Assembly: GCA_046581755.1 (NCBI GenBank)
Contig: JAYGFR010000131.1
Span: forward strand, 1-47,527
DNA from: Nitrospinota bacterium
GTDB lineage: Bacteria; UBA8248
Direction: 5' to 3'
DNA: 47,527 bases
Positions 1 through 10,235 of the stretch are shown one piece after another. Position 1 is the first letter of the stretch, and each line of letters starts with the position of its first letter. The notes under the pieces are model-generated. The model was not told where the DNA came from and searched no databases. It saw only the letters and a list, made by a program, of their open reading frames with translations. The translations under genes were made by a program, and so were the position numbers.

Positions 1-19
1 GCGCGGAGTGGATTACGGG

Positions 20-625
20 CTAGCTTTTTGGGCCGCTCTTTTTCTCGGCGAGCAGAGCCTCGATGAGGCGGATGGCTTCGGGGCTCTCCCAGTTCCGGTA
101 GCCGAGGCTTCCGCCGATGACGTAGCCCGAGCGGTTCACCAGGAAATTGGTGGGCGTGTAGCGGGCGTTAAACATGGGATAGACCTTGCCGAAAGGATCC
201 AGAAGGTTGGGGAAGGTCAGGCCGTACCTTTTCACATACGGCTTCACCAGGGATGTATTCCTGTCCATCGAAATCGCAACGACGACAAATCCAGCGCCGC
301 GGTATTTTTTGTACATATTTTCGAGAGCGGCCCGCTCCCTGGTGCAGTAGGGTCAATACGTCGTCCAGAAATTGATGAGAATGACCTTGCCGACCTGGTC
401 CTTAATCTTAAAGGGTTGATCGAAAACGTCGGGCAGGGTGAACGCCGGAAGGGGTACAGGCTTGAGGGCCTGGACCCTCATGTCGCTCATGAGGGAGGGC
501 ATGGTGGCGGCCTTGAGCCCGTCGGCGTGCTTGGCGGAGGCGGTCTCCCGGCCCCCGATCAGGGTTAAAGCAACAAGGAAGGACAACGCGGATATTATAT
601 TGATAAATAACGATTTATATCTCAC
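20..625 (-). CDS. TlpA/ResA-family thioredoxin-like redoxin, probable selenoprotein (UxxC) with N-terminal membrane anchor or signal
   Basis: ORFs 353..730 and 20..316 are in the same frame, separated only by TGA at 355-353. Readthrough gives GKVILINFWTTY-U-PYCTRERAALENMYKKYRGAGFVVVAISMD...YTPTNFLVNRSG. Start at GTG 625 is an estimate, placed just before the hydrophobic stretch. Confidence 0.85.
323..339 (-). promoter_or_regulatory. Candidate bacterial SECIS hairpin for the redoxin UGA
   Basis: GGGAGCG-GGC-CGCUCUC stem-loop starting 13 nt after the UGA, with G in the apical loop. Confidence 0.55.
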
Positions 626-760
626 ATAAATATCCACAAGACACCTTGGTCGGCCCGGAAAAATCCCACCCTTTAACCGCGGCGGCGTCAAATAATTCCC
701 TTCGTTATCCATCCTTGAAACGGCCGGCATCCTCGAAACGGTTGCCGATGGCCTTTCCGG

Positions 761-1981
761 TTAGCGTTTCCCGCCGGATTTCCGCACCCTCACCCCGAGG
801 CGAAGCGCATTCAGCCGGATGAACCCTTCGGCATCCTTTTGGGAGTAAACCGAATCCTCCTCGAAGGTCGCCAGTTCGGGCCGGTAGAGATTGTTTTCGG
901 AAGGCGCCTTCCGGCCCACCACCTGACAGGAGCCCTTGTAGAGTTTCACCCGGGCCACCCCCGTCACCGCCTTCATCGCCTCGTCGATGGCGCACTGCAA
1001 AAACGCACGCTCGGGCGCGAACCAGAACCCATTGTAGACCAGTTCGGCATATTTGGGGATGAGCGAATCGCGCAGATGAAGCACCTCGCGGTCCAGGGTG
1101 AGCGATTCCACTGCCCGCCGGGCGCAGTGGAGAACGGTCCCCGCCGGGGTTTCGTAGACGCCCCTGCTCTTCATGCCCACGAACCGGTTTTCCACCAGAT
1201 CGGCGCGCCCCACCCCATTCTCGCCCGCGACGGCGTTCAGGCGCTCCATCAGAAACCGGGGGCCGAGAAAGTCTCCGTCGAGGGACACCGGGTCCCCCGC
1301 CTCGAATCCGATTTCGACATAAGCGGGTGAATCTGGGGCTTTTTCCGGCGAGACCGTCAGCCGGAACATATCCTCGGGCGGCTCCGTCCACGGATCCTCG
1401 AGGACCCCTCCCTCGAAGCTGATATGGAGGAGATTCCGGTCCATCGAGTAGGGCTTCTCGGCCGTTACCGGAACCGGGATGCCCTGGGCCTCCGCATAGG
1501 CGATGAGCTGGGTCCGCCCGCCGAAATCCCACTCGCGCCAGGGCGCGATGATCCGGATATCGGGGTCGATGGCATTGTAGGTCAGCTCGAATCGGACCTG
1601 ATCGTTGCCCTTTCCAGTGGCCCCGTGGGCGACGGCGTCCGCCCCGGTTTTGCGAACGATGTCCATCTGCCCCTTGGCGATGATGGGCCGCGCGATGGAG
1701 GTTCCGAGAAGATAGCTGCCCTCATAGACCGCCCCGGCCCGGAGCATCGGGAAAATATAATCGCTCGCGAATTCATCCTGCAGGTCGATGACATAGCACT
1801 CGTCCGCGCCGGTGGCGAGCGCCTTCTCTTCGAGGCCCTCGAGTTCCTCGTTCCCCTGGCCGACGTTGGCGGCGTACGCCACGATGGCGCACCCATATTT
1901 CTCCTTGATCCATCGAAGCATCACCGAGGTGTCCAGCCCTCCGGAGTAGGCCACGACGATTTTTTTGGGATTAGGCGCCAT
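761..1981 (-). CDS. argG: Argininosuccinate synthase
   Basis: [24 protein letters not shown] and KSRGVYETP motifs. Confidence 0.98.
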   Translation of the reverse strand: MAPNPKKIVVAYSGGLDTSVMLRWIKEKYGCAIVAYAANVGQGNEELEGLEEKALATGADECYVIDLQDEFASDYIFPMLRAGAVYEGSYLLGTSIARPIIAKGQMDIVRKTGADAVAHGATGKGNDQVRFELTYNAIDPDIRIIAPWREWDFGGRTQLIAYAEAQGIPVPVTAEKPYSMDRNLLHISFEGGVLEDPWTEPPEDMFRLTVSPEKAPDSPAYVEIGFEAGDPVSLDGDFLGPRFLMERLNAVAGENGVGRADLVENRFVGMKSRGVYETPAGTVLHCARRAVESLTLDREVLHLRDSLIPKYAELVYNGFWFAPERAFLQCAIDEAMKAVTGVARVKLYKGSCQVVGRKAPSENNLYRPELATFEEDSVYSQKDAEGFIRLNALRLGVRVRKSGGKR

Positions 1982-2909
1982 TGTTATCTCCGACGAGAAT
2001 TTCCAGGAGGATCTTCAGGGCGTGGAGCCGGTTTCCCGCCTGCTGAAAAACGACGCTCCTGGCCCCGTCGATTATATCGGATTCCACCTCCTCGCCCCGG
2101 TGGGCCGGAAGACAGTGCATGAATACGGCCTCGGGGTCCGCGTTCCGGAATACCTCCCCGGTCACCCGGTAGGGGGCGAGCGCCTTCTTTCTCCGGTTGG
2201 CCTCGTTTTCCTGGCCCATCGAGACCCAGACGTCCGTATAGACGGTGTGGGCGTCGGCGCAGGCCTCCTCGACCTCGCTCGTGATGTGCACCGAAGCCCC
2301 CGAGGCGGCCGCGAGTTCCCGCGCCTTCGAGACGACGCCCTCGTCGGGCTCGAATCCCGGTGCGCATGCCGCGCTGGTGTTCACCCCGATCAGAGCGCCC
2401 ACGAGGAGAAGGGAGTGGAGCACGTTGTTCCCGTCTCCCAGGTAGGCGACCTTGAGCCCGCGGATCGTTCCGAAGCGCTCTCGCAGCGTAAGGAAGTCGG
2501 CCAGCGCCTGGCAGGGATGGTGCAGGTCCGTGAGGCCGTTGATGACGGGGATCGAGGCGTTTTCCGCCAGCCCGGCCACGCGGTCGTGCCCGAAGGTGCG
2601 GACGATGAGGCCGTCCAGGTACTCGCTCAGCACCCTGGCGGTGTCGGCGATGGTTTCCCCCCGGCTGATCTGGGTGTCGTTGGGGGAGAGAAATATGCTG
2701 GTCCCGCCGAGCTGGGCGACGCCCACCTGGAAGGACACCCGCGTCCGGGTGGAGGATTTTTCGAAGAGCAGGGCGAAGTTTTTCCCGGCGAGGCTGGTAT
2801 GGCGCTTTCCGGCCTCGGTCTCCCGCTTCTGGATCAATGCCCGCTCGATCAGGTCCAGCGTCTCCCCGGCGGATAGTTCGAGGCCGGAAAGATAATCCCG
2901 CTTCGTCAT
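1971..2909 (-). CDS. argF: Ornithine carbamoyltransferase
   Basis: [17 protein letters not shown] and [10 protein letters not shown] motifs. ATG at 2909 overlaps the argD stop. Confidence 0.97.
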   Translation of the reverse strand: MTKRDYLSGLELSAGETLDLIERALIQKRETEAGKRHTSLAGKNFALLFEKSSTRTRVSFQVGVAQLGGTSIFLSPNDTQISRGETIADTARVLSEYLDGLIVRTFGHDRVAGLAENASIPVINGLTDLHHPCQALADFLTLRERFGTIRGLKVAYLGDGNNVLHSLLLVGALIGVNTSAACAPGFEPDEGVVSKARELAAASGASVHITSEVEEACADAHTVYTDVWVSMGQENEANRRKKALAPYRVTGEVFRNADPEAVFMHCLPAHRGEEVESDIIDGARSVVFQQAGNRLHALKILLEILVGDNNGA

Positions 2910-4099
2910 GCCGCCAGTTCCTTGAGGGCGCCGTCGAGAAAATCGAGCAGTTTTTCGATCATTTCCTTTTCCACCGTGAGGGGCGGGATCAGCCGGATGA
3001 CACTGCCCACGGCCACGATCAGCAAAAAGCCCGCCTCGAGCGCCTTGGGGACGATGGAGGCGACGTCCCGGTCCAGCTCGCAGCCCACGATGAGCCCCTT
3101 GCCCCGGACATCCTTGACGATCGAATGCCGGGTGGCCAGGTCCCGGAGGCCGGCCTGGGCGAATTCCCCCATCTCGGTCACACGGTCCAGAAAGCCGGGG
3201 GCCAGGATCGCGTCCATCGCGGCGCACCCCGCCGCCGTGGCGAGATAGTTTCCGCCGAATGTGGCGGCGTGATCGCCCGGCTCGAACGCCATGGCCTCAT
3301 CGGAGGCCACGATGGCTCCGATGGCGGTCCCGGCCCCGAGCGCCTTGGCCAAAGCCATGACGTCGGGCTGGACATCGAAGTGCTCGTGCGCCCAGAGCTT
3401 GCCGGTCCGGCCCATTCCCACCTGGACCTCATCGAACATCAGGAGCAAATCGTTGGCGTCGCAGATTTCCCGAAGTCCCCGGAGGTAGCCTTCCGAGGGA
3501 ATCCGGATGCCGCCTTCCCCCTGGATGGGCTCGACCAGGATGGCGCAGGTTTTGTCCGATACGGCGGAGGCGGCGGATTCCACGTCGTCGAACGGCAGAT
3601 GCCGGAAGCCGGGGAGAAGGGGAGAAAAGCCCTTGTGGAATTTCTCCTGGCCCGTGGCCGAAAGCGAGGCCATGGTCCTCCCGTGAAAGCTCATGTCGAA
3701 GGCGAGAATTTCATGGCGCCCCTCGCCGTGTTTTTTATACGAATACTTCCGGGCCAGCTTGATGGCGGCTTCGACGGCCTCGGTTCCACTGTTGCAGAAA
3801 AAGGTCTTGTCGCCGAAAGAGTTTTCGGCGAGCCGCTGGGCCAGCCGGATCTGGGGCTCGATGTGGTAGAGGTTCGAGACGTGGACGAGCTCGCCCGCCT
3901 GCTTGCGCATGGCTTCGGTCACGGCGGGGTGGCAGTGACCCAGGTTGCAGACGGCGATGCCCGAAACAAAGTCCAGGTATTCCTTGCCGTCGGCGTCCCA
4001 CACGCGGCAGCCCTCGCCCCGGACCAGAGCCACCGGATAGCGGCCGTAGGTGGCCGCGACGTATTTCTCCGCAAGGGCGATCAGGTCTGCGTTCGACAT
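2906..4099 (-). CDS. argD: Acetylornithine aminotransferase
   Basis: YLDFVSGIAV, FFCNSGTEA, SFHGRT, DEVQVGMGRTG and LAKALG (PLP lysine) motifs, in arg operon context. Confidence 0.95.
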   Translation of the reverse strand: MSNADLIALAEKYVAATYGRYPVALVRGEGCRVWDADGKEYLDFVSGIAVCNLGHCHPAVTEAMRKQAGELVHVSNLYHIEPQIRLAQRLAENSFGDKTFFCNSGTEAVEAAIKLARKYSYKKHGEGRHEILAFDMSFHGRTMASLSATGQEKFHKGFSPLLPGFRHLPFDDVESAASAVSDKTCAILVEPIQGEGGIRIPSEGYLRGLREICDANDLLLMFDEVQVGMGRTGKLWAHEHFDVQPDVMALAKALGAGTAIGAIVASDEAMAFEPGDHAATFGGNYLATAAGCAAMDAILAPGFLDRVTEMGEFAQAGLRDLATRHSIVKDVRGKGLIVGCELDRDVASIVPKALEAGFLLIVAVGSVIRLIPPLTVEKEMIEKLLDFLDGALKELAA

Positions 4100-4124
4100 C
4101 TCGTTTCCTCTCTCAGTGGCGGAA

Positions 4125-5000
4125 TCAGGCGACGATTTCGGTGCCGATTCCCTCGTCGGTGAAAATTTCGAGTAAGACGGCGTGGGGAGTCCGCCCGTCG
4201 ATGATGTGGGCCTTGTTGACGCCACTGGAAAGGGCGTCGAGGCAGGCGTCCACCTTGGGGACCATTCCCCCCTGGATCACGCCCGAATTCTTGAGGGCGC
4301 TGACATCGGCCCGGTTCAGCGTGCTTTTGAGCTTTCCCCCCTCATCGAGGATTCCGGGAACATCGGTCAGGAGGATGAATTTTTCCGCCTTCAGAGCGCC
4401 CGCTATGGCCCCCGCGGCCGAGTCGGCGTTGATGTTGTACACCTTTCCGTCATCTCCGACCCCGAGCGGGGCGATGACAGGGATGAAACCGCCGCCGGCC
4501 AGGTGGTGGATGATATCGGGGTTGATCCGCTTCACCTGGCCGACCTGGCCAATGTCGTAGGCCTCTTCTTCGCCGTCCTCGCCTTTCCGGGTCAGGGTCA
4601 GCTTGGCGGCCGAGGTCAGCCCGGCGTCCGAGCCCGAGAGGCCGACGGCTTTTCCGCCGTGTAGGTTGATGAGGCGGACGATGCCCTTGTTGGTCGAGCC
4701 GGCGAGCACCATCTCGACGACGCCGACGGTCTCCTCGTCGGTGACACGGAGGCCCTCGACGAACTCGGTGTGTTTCCCGAGCCTCTGGAGGGTCTCGCCG
4801 ATCTGGGGGCCGCCGCCGTGGACGACGACGACGTTGATGCCGACATATTGGAGCAAAATGATGTCCTGGGCGAAGGGCGCCTGAAGGTCTATTTGCACCT
4901 GGGCAGCGCCGCCGAATTTGACGACGACGGTCTTGCCGGCGAAGCGCTGCATATAGGGCAGGGCCTCGACGAGGGTGGCCGCCCGCTCCCTGGAGTTCAT
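4125..5000 (-). CDS. argB: Acetylglutamate kinase
   Basis: EALPY, VVKFGG, VVHGGGPQI, GLRVTD, NINAD and GGMVPK motifs. Confidence 0.97.
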   Translation of the reverse strand: MNSRERAATLVEALPYMQRFAGKTVVVKFGGAAQVQIDLQAPFAQDIILLQYVGINVVVVHGGGPQIGETLQRLGKHTEFVEGLRVTDEETVGVVEMVLAGSTNKGIVRLINLHGGKAVGLSGSDAGLTSAAKLTLTRKGEDGEEEAYDIGQVGQVKRINPDIIHHLAGGGFIPVIAPLGVGDDGKVYNINADSAAGAIAGALKAEKFILLTDVPGILDEGGKLKSTLNRADVSALKNSGVIQGGMVPKVDACLDALSSGVNKAHIIDGRTPHAVLLEIFTDEGIGTEIVA

Positions 5001-5134
5001 TCGGTATCCCTTCATTCGCTCGGCGGCCCCCAAGGGGGGGACGCGCGCCTGGGTCAAGAGAGGGGAATATACACTGGGCGATCTCCATGTCCAAGAGGAA
5101 AAAGCCTGTGGGCAGGGGATGGAAAAGGTTTTGA

Positions 5135-5147
5135 AATCAAAGGGTTA
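5135..5147 (+). promoter_or_regulatory. Candidate IHF binding site
   Basis: AATCAAAGGGTTA is an exact match to WATCAANNNNTTR, in the divergent argB/TPR intergenic region. Confidence 0.4.
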
Positions 5148-5208
5148 GAGATAGTTTCGGGGCGGGGGGGATGAGCGGAACAGGGTAATGCGTTAAAAAA
5201 CAATAGAT

Positions 5209-5329
5209 TGTCAGTCAATGCCGGGGCCCTCCGTCCACTTTCAGCAGGCGCCGGGGGCGTTCCGCCCGCTGTCCGTCAACGCCAGGGCGTTCCGCCTGGT
5301 GTCCCTCAAAGCCGGGGCGTTCCGCCCGG
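5209..5329. repeat. Four imperfect 30/31-nt tandem repeats with a palindromic core
   Basis: Units at 5209-5238, 5239-5269, 5270-5299 and 5300-5329. Core GGCG-TTC-CGCC in units 2-4, degenerate in unit 1. Confidence 0.85.
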
Positions 5330-5538
5330 AGGGGGGGGGCAGAGGGAATTTTGGATTTGCCGGAAGGTGCGGTGGCTTTCAGGTAGGAACGTACGGGTGG
5401 CCGAGGCGCCGCGATCCGAGGGGAAGTATGGACGTACCGGCGAGGGCGGGCGCCCGATCCACTGCCTTCTTTTTTCGCGCCGCCTTCATATTTTATTTCC
5501 CTGGGTCCACTTTCGCCGGTTTTCCAGAAGAGAATCGC

Positions 5539-6324
5539 GCCATGCGTCATGCCTTAAAGCCGTTCCTGCTTTTCCTTCTCTCCATATTCTTTCTCGCCAT
5601 CTATTTTTTCTTCCCCTCATTTCCCTCCCCTCCGGCATCGCTCGAAGAAGCCAAGCGCCTCGAAGCCCGGGTGCTGACCCTGATCAGGGCCCGCCGCTAC
5701 GCCGAGGCGCTCCCCCTGGCGAAGCGCGCCCTCAAAACTCGGGAGAAGGTGCTGGGGGCGGAGCACCCGAAATTCGTTTTATTTCTCAACCGTCTGGCGT
5801 TTATCTACACTACACAAAAGAACTTAAAGGAAGCCGGCGTACTTCGGGCTCGCTCGAAGGCGATTCAAAAAAGGCTGGCCGCGCAGCGGAGGGCGATACA
5901 AAAGAGGGCGCGCGAAGCAAAGAGGCTGGCCTGGGAAAAAAAGAGGGATGCAAGAGATTTATACGCGGATGGAGATCGCCTCCAGAAGGCGGGCAAACAC
6001 GCGGAGGTGATTCCACTATTTGTGCGCGCCCTGGCGCTCTTTGAGAAAGAACTCGGCCCCGCTCACGTCGGCGTGGGCACGGTCCTTCAAAGCCTGGGCA
6101 ATTCACACCTGTCTCTGAATCAATACGAAAAAGCCGAGCCTTATCTCCGGAAGGTCCTGGGAATCTTTGAGAAGGGTCTCGGTCCCTCCCACCCCGCCGT
6201 GGACCGGACCCTGGCCAGGCTGGCGGCGCTCTACGAAAAGAACGGCAAAAAGAAAGAGGCCACTGCTATCAGGGCCCGCGCCAGGGCAATCCGGAAAGAG
6301 GTGGAGAGAAATATCGCCAAATAG
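5539..6324 (+). CDS. Tetratricopeptide repeat protein (kinesin-light-chain-like 42-aa repeats) with N-terminal membrane segment; first fragment of the TPR locus
   Basis: ATG 5539 MRHALKPFLLFLLSIFFLAIYFFF, then repeats such as ALKTREKVLGAEHP and ALALFEKELGPAH. Confidence 0.8.
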   Translation, partial: AMRHALKPFLLFLLSIFFLAIYFFFPSFPSPPASLEEAKRLEARVLTLIRARRYAEALPLAKRALKTREKVLGAEHPKFVLFLNRLAFIYTTQKNLKEAGVLRARSKAIQKRLAAQRRAIQKRAREAKRLAWEKKRDARDLYADGDRLQKAGKHAEVIPLFVRALALFEKELGPAHVGVGTVLQSLGNSHLSLNQYEKAEPYLRKVLGIFEKGLGPSHPAVDRTLARLAALYEKNGKKKEATAIRARARAIRKEVERNIAK

Positions 6325-6390
6325 AGAGAGGCCGCCGCGCTTGGGGAGGGGGGGACGATTTCGGAAGTAAAGCGGCTCCACGCTCAAGCG

Positions 6391-7595
6391 ATGCGCCTTT
6401 TCCAAGCCGGGCTCTACAGGGAATCCGAACTGCTGTACTTACGTGCCCTGACTATCTCCAAGAAATCCCTTGGCCGCGACCATCCCCGTGTCGCACCAAT
6501 TCTCGGCAACTTGGCTGCGCTCTATTCTCACATGAACCGTCTGAGAGAGGCGGAGTCCCTAATCCGACGTGCCCTGGAAATCGAAAAAAAATCCCGTGGA
6601 CCCAAACATCGCAATGTGGCCATTGTTCTCAATATGCTGGGTGGGATCTACATCGACCAGAGACGCTACAACGAAGCCGAGCCTATAATTCTTCGTGCGC
6701 TGGTCATCATAGAGAATTCCTTTGGACCCGACCATATTCGTACGGCAGATGTTCTCCGCACCCTGGGTGGACTCTACCGTGTCCAGGCCCGCTACAAGGA
6801 TGCCGAGCCGCTCCTCCGGCGGTCCCTGGCCATCTTTGAGAAGGCCTCGGGGCCTGGAAATCCTCATGTGGCCGAGAGCCTCCACAACCTGGCCGAACTC
6901 TACCGTGCCCAGGGCCGGTACACGAAAGCCCTGCCGCTATTCCAGAGGGCGCTGGCAATCCGGGAAAAAGAAATGGGTCACAGGCATCCAGAAGTGGCCC
7001 GGAGTCTCGATAGACTGCCACGCTCTATGAGAATCAGGGCCGTTACAAGAAGGCCAAGCCGCTCTTCCGGCGCTCCCTGGCAATCCGCGAGGAAACATTG
7101 AGGCCCAGCCTTCCAGATGTAGCCGCGGGTCTTAACAATTTGGCTGAAAACCAAAGGCTACAGGGCCGCTACAACGACGCCGAGCCGCTGTTTAGGCGCG
7201 CACTGGCCATCGCGGAAAAATATCCAGGTCCCGACGAGCATCCCCAGGTGGCCACAATCCTCTAAAATCTGGCCCATCTCTTTCACAACCAGGGCCGCTA
7301 CAAAGAAGCCGAGCCGCTCTACCTACGCTCCCTGGCAATCCGCGAGAAAGCCCTCGGGCCCGGCCATCCCGATGTGGCTCAGAGCCTGGGCAACCTGGCT
7401 GCGCGCTACAAGGCCCAGGGCCGCTACAAGGAAGCCGAGCCGTTTTTCCGGAGGGCACTGACCATCTATGAGAAAAAGTTAAGACCAGACCACCCGGATA
7501 TTGCGACTACTCTAAATGACATGGCCGGGTTCTACGAGAAGATGGGCAAGAAGAAGGAGGCCGCCGCGCTTAGGGCGAGGGGGGACGTTTTCTGA
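6391..7595 (+). pseudogene. TPR repeat protein segment interrupted by a frameshift (~7016) and an in-frame TAA (7263-7265)
   Basis: QGRYxEAEPLxxRxLAIxEKxLGPxHP repeats continue across ctg(g)cc at ~7016 and through atc ctc TAA aat ctg gcc. Confidence 0.75.
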
Positions 7596-8220
7596 AGTAA
7601 AGCGGCTCAACGAAAAGGCGAGCCGCCTCTACCGGGCCGGGTGCTACAAGGAGGCAGAACCGCTCCTCCGGCGCTCTCTCGTCTTCTATGAGAAAACCTT
7701 CGGGCCGGGACATTCCCAGGTGGCCACGGGCCTCAACAACCTGGCGACGCTCTACTTAAAACAGGGCCGCTATAAGAAGGCCGAGCCGCTCTACAAACGC
7801 TCCCTGGCCATCCGCGAGAAAACATTGGGGCCCGGCTATCCCGACGTAGCCCAGAGCCTGGGCAACCTGGCCGTGCTCTACCATGCCCAGGGCCGCTACA
7901 AGGATGATGCCGAGCCGCTCCTCCTCCGTTCCCTCACCACCAAAGAGAAAACCCTCGGGCCCGGACATCCTCAGGTGGCAATGAGCCTCAACAACCTGGC
8001 CGGGCTCTACATGGACCAGGGCCGCCACAAGGATGCCGAGTTGCTCTTCCGCCGCTCCCTCGCCATCTTCGAGAAAAGTGCGGGGCCGGACCACCCGAAT
8101 TTCGTGAAGACTCTGATTAACATGGCCGGGGTCTACGAGGAATTGGGCAAGAAGAAAGAGGCGGCGGGGTTTTTAAAGCGTGCCGAAGCGATGAAGAAAC
8201 GGCTGCGGAGGCGGAAGTGA
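7516..8220 (+). CDS. TPR repeat protein, last fragment of the locus (true start unclear)
   Basis: Several LNNLAxLYxxQGRYKxAEPL repeats. Coding signal in this frame begins near 7580. Confidence 0.7.
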   Translation: MTWPGSTRRWARRRRPPRLGRGGTFSEVKRLNEKASRLYRAGCYKEAEPLLRRSLVFYEKTFGPGHSQVATGLNNLATLYLKQGRYKKAEPLYKRSLAIREKTLGPGYPDVAQSLGNLAVLYHAQGRYKDDAEPLLLRSLTTKEKTLGPGHPQVAMSLNNLAGLYMDQGRHKDAELLFRRSLAIFEKSAGPDHPNFVKTLINMAGVYEELGKKKEAAGFLKRAEAMKKRLRRRK

Positions 8221-8467
8221 CGCGAGCGTTCGATTTGTAGCGTACGGTCCCGCCTCTATCCCAGGCGGCCCGGTATCGGGCCGCTTTGCCCCCGCGCTCC
8301 CCGGTTAGTGTGTTTTCTCCAGGCAAAATCGCTCGGTCCTTTCCGAAAAGGCCGTCGCCCGGAGGCGGGAGATCCCCGTTCAAATGGTTAATTGGGTTTG
8401 GATTTGCCGAGAGGCGCGGCGAAATGTCGGGAGATGCGTGAAGCGGCGGGAGGTGCGATTACCTGCG

Positions 8468-8830
8468 GCGGGCGCGGATTCGCGGTTCTTGGTGCATTTG
8501 CTCGAAAATTCTCCCGGTCGGGCCGGAAACGGCGCTGGGAGCAGATACGCGGTTCTCGGCGCATTTGGTTGAAAATTCTCCCGGGCAGGATGAAAACGGG
8601 GACTGGCGAATCTGCCTCCCGGGGGGAGAGGGGGTCGGTATAGGGGAAATATGCGGGCGCGGATACGCGGTTCTCCCTCACCCAGCCCTCTCCCGGCGAG
8701 AGAGGGCGTTTCTCAATGGTTCTCCCCGCAATTGCCCGAAAATTCTCCCGGAACGCCCCGAAAAGGGGACTGGCGAATCTGCGCGCGCCTTGGCGCATTT
8801 GCCCGAAATTCCCGGCGGATTGGGCGAAAG
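8468..8830. repeat. Four imperfect 67-nt-period repeats arranged as two pairs
   Basis: Core gcaWttgnnngaaa(a)tt(ct)cccgg starts at 8494, 8561, 8728 and 8795, with spacing 67 within each pair. ggggactggcgaatctgc is shared by copies 2 and 3. Confidence 0.8.
8615..8706. repeat. Inverted pair of REP-like palindromes (ccctcaccc..ccctctccc...gagaggg type)
   Basis: cctcccggggggagagggggtcggtatagggg (8615-8646) and ccctcacccagccctctcccggcgagagaggg (8675-8706). Confidence 0.6.
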
Positions 8831-8876
8831 CGTTTCGAAATATTCGCCCTGGGGGGGGTCTTCCCGGGCCCGGCCC

Positions 8877-10235
8877 CTAGAGGATGTAGCGGCTGAGATC
8901 GAGGTCCGCGGCGATGTCCTTGAGGCGACCGCGGACGTATCCGGCGTCGATGGTGATCTCCTCACCCGCCATCTCGGGCGCGTTGAAGGAGATCTCCTCG
9001 AACACCCGCTCCATGATGGTGTAAAGCCGCCGGGCGCCGATGTTTTCCGTCTTCTCGTTGATGTCGGCGGCGAACGAGGCCACCTCCCGTATCGCATCGT
9101 CCGTGAAGGTGACCTTCAGGCCCTCGGTCTTCAGGAGTGCGGGGTATTGGATGACGAGGGCGTTCTCGGGCTCTTGGAGTATCCGGACGAAATCCTCGAG
9201 TCCCAGGGAATGGAGCTCGACCCGTATGGGAAAGCGCCCCTGGAGCTCGGGAAGGAGGTCCGAGGGTTTCGCCATATGGAAGGCGCCGGCCGCGATGAAG
9301 AGGATATGGTCTGTCCGGACGGGGCCGTGTTTGGTCTGGACGGTGCAGCCCTCGACGATGGGGAGAAGATCGCGCTGGACCCCTTCCCTGGATACGTCCG
9401 GACCGTGGTTGCCGCCCGAGGTGGAGGCGATTTTGTCGATTTCATCGAGAAAAACGATGCCCGATTGCTCGGTGCGCTCAATGGCCTCGGCATTCACCTT
9501 CTCGGGGTCGATGATTTTATCGCCCTCCTCCTGGGTGAGGAGCTTGAAGGCCTCGGGCACTTTCATCCGCCGGGTGCGTGTTTGGGCCGGGAACATCCCG
9601 CCGAGCATGTCCTTGAAATTGATCCCCATCTGCTCCATGTCCATCCCGCCCATGAGGTGAATTTCAGGGCCTTTGTCGGTTGCCTCGAATTCGACCTCCC
9701 GGTCATCCAATTTCCCCTCGACGAGCATTTGGCGGAATTTCTCGCGCGTTCGGCTGTAGTGCTCCTCGCCGAGCGGATCGTTCGATTGGCCCTGATCGTC
9801 AATGGCGGCGAAGCCGGGCGGGGTGGGCAGCAGGAGGTCAAGAAGGCGCGCCATAGCTAGATCTTCTGCCTTGGCGGTGTTGGCCTGACGGTATTCCTCC
9901 TGAACCATATTCTGGGCGAGTTCGGTGAGGTCTCGAATCATGCTCTCGACGTCGCGCCCCACATAGCCGACCTCGGTGAATTTGCTCGCCTCGACTTTAA
10001 TGAACGGGCTATTGGCGAGACGGGCCAGCCGGCGAGCGATTTCCGTCTTTCCGACCCCAGTCGGCCCGATCATGACGATGTTTTTGGGCGCCACCTCATC
10101 GCGCATCTCTTCGGGAAGCTGCTGCCGTCGCCAGCGGTTTCGCAGAGCAATGGCGACAGCGCGCTTGGCATCGCCCTGGCCAATCACATACCGGTCGAGT
10201 TCTTTGACAATTTGAACGGGGGTGAGATCTTCCAT
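8877..10235 (-). CDS. hslU: ATP-dependent protease ATPase subunit HslU
   Basis: [31 protein letters not shown] and [10 protein letters not shown] motifs. ATG overlaps the hslV stop. Confidence 0.98.
   Translation of the reverse strand: MEDLTPVQIVKELDRYVIGQGDAKRAVAIALRNRWRRQQLPEEMRDEVAPKNIVMIGPTGVGKTEIARRLARLANSPFIKVEASKFTEVGYVGRDVESMIRDLTELAQNMVQEEYRQANTAKAEDLAMARLLDLLLPTPPGFAAIDDQGQSNDPLGEEHYSRTREKFRQMLVEGKLDDREVEFEATDKGPEIHLMGGMDMEQMGINFKDMLGGMFPAQTRTRRMKVPEAFKLLTQEEGDKIIDPEKVNAEAIERTEQSGIVFLDEIDKIASTSGGNHGPDVSREGVQRDLLPIVEGCTVQTKHGPVRTDHILFIAAGAFHMAKPSDLLPELQGRFPIRVELHSLGLEDFVRILQEPENALVIQYPALLKTEGLKVTFTDDAIREVASFAADINEKTENIGARRLYTIMERVFEEISFNAPEMAGEEITIDAGYVRGRLKDIAADLDLSRYIL

Noticed and set aside
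5209..5329. Mini-CRISPR or coding N-terminal extension of the TPR gene (ORF 5218)
   Set aside because: There are no unique spacers, the 31-nt unit breaks the frame periodicity, and a signal-like start exists at 5539
6391..8220. Diversity-generating retroelement template/variable repeats
   Set aside because: Repeat differences are not adenine-specific and there is no reverse transcriptase in the window
8468..8830. CRISPR array (67-nt period)
   Set aside because: Cores are degenerate, the would-be spacers resemble each other, and no cas genes are present
1965..9860. Long antisense ORFs (e.g. 1965..2876, 2837..4162, 8565..9860)
   Set aside because: Shadow frames of well-supported GC-rich genes with no protein motifs
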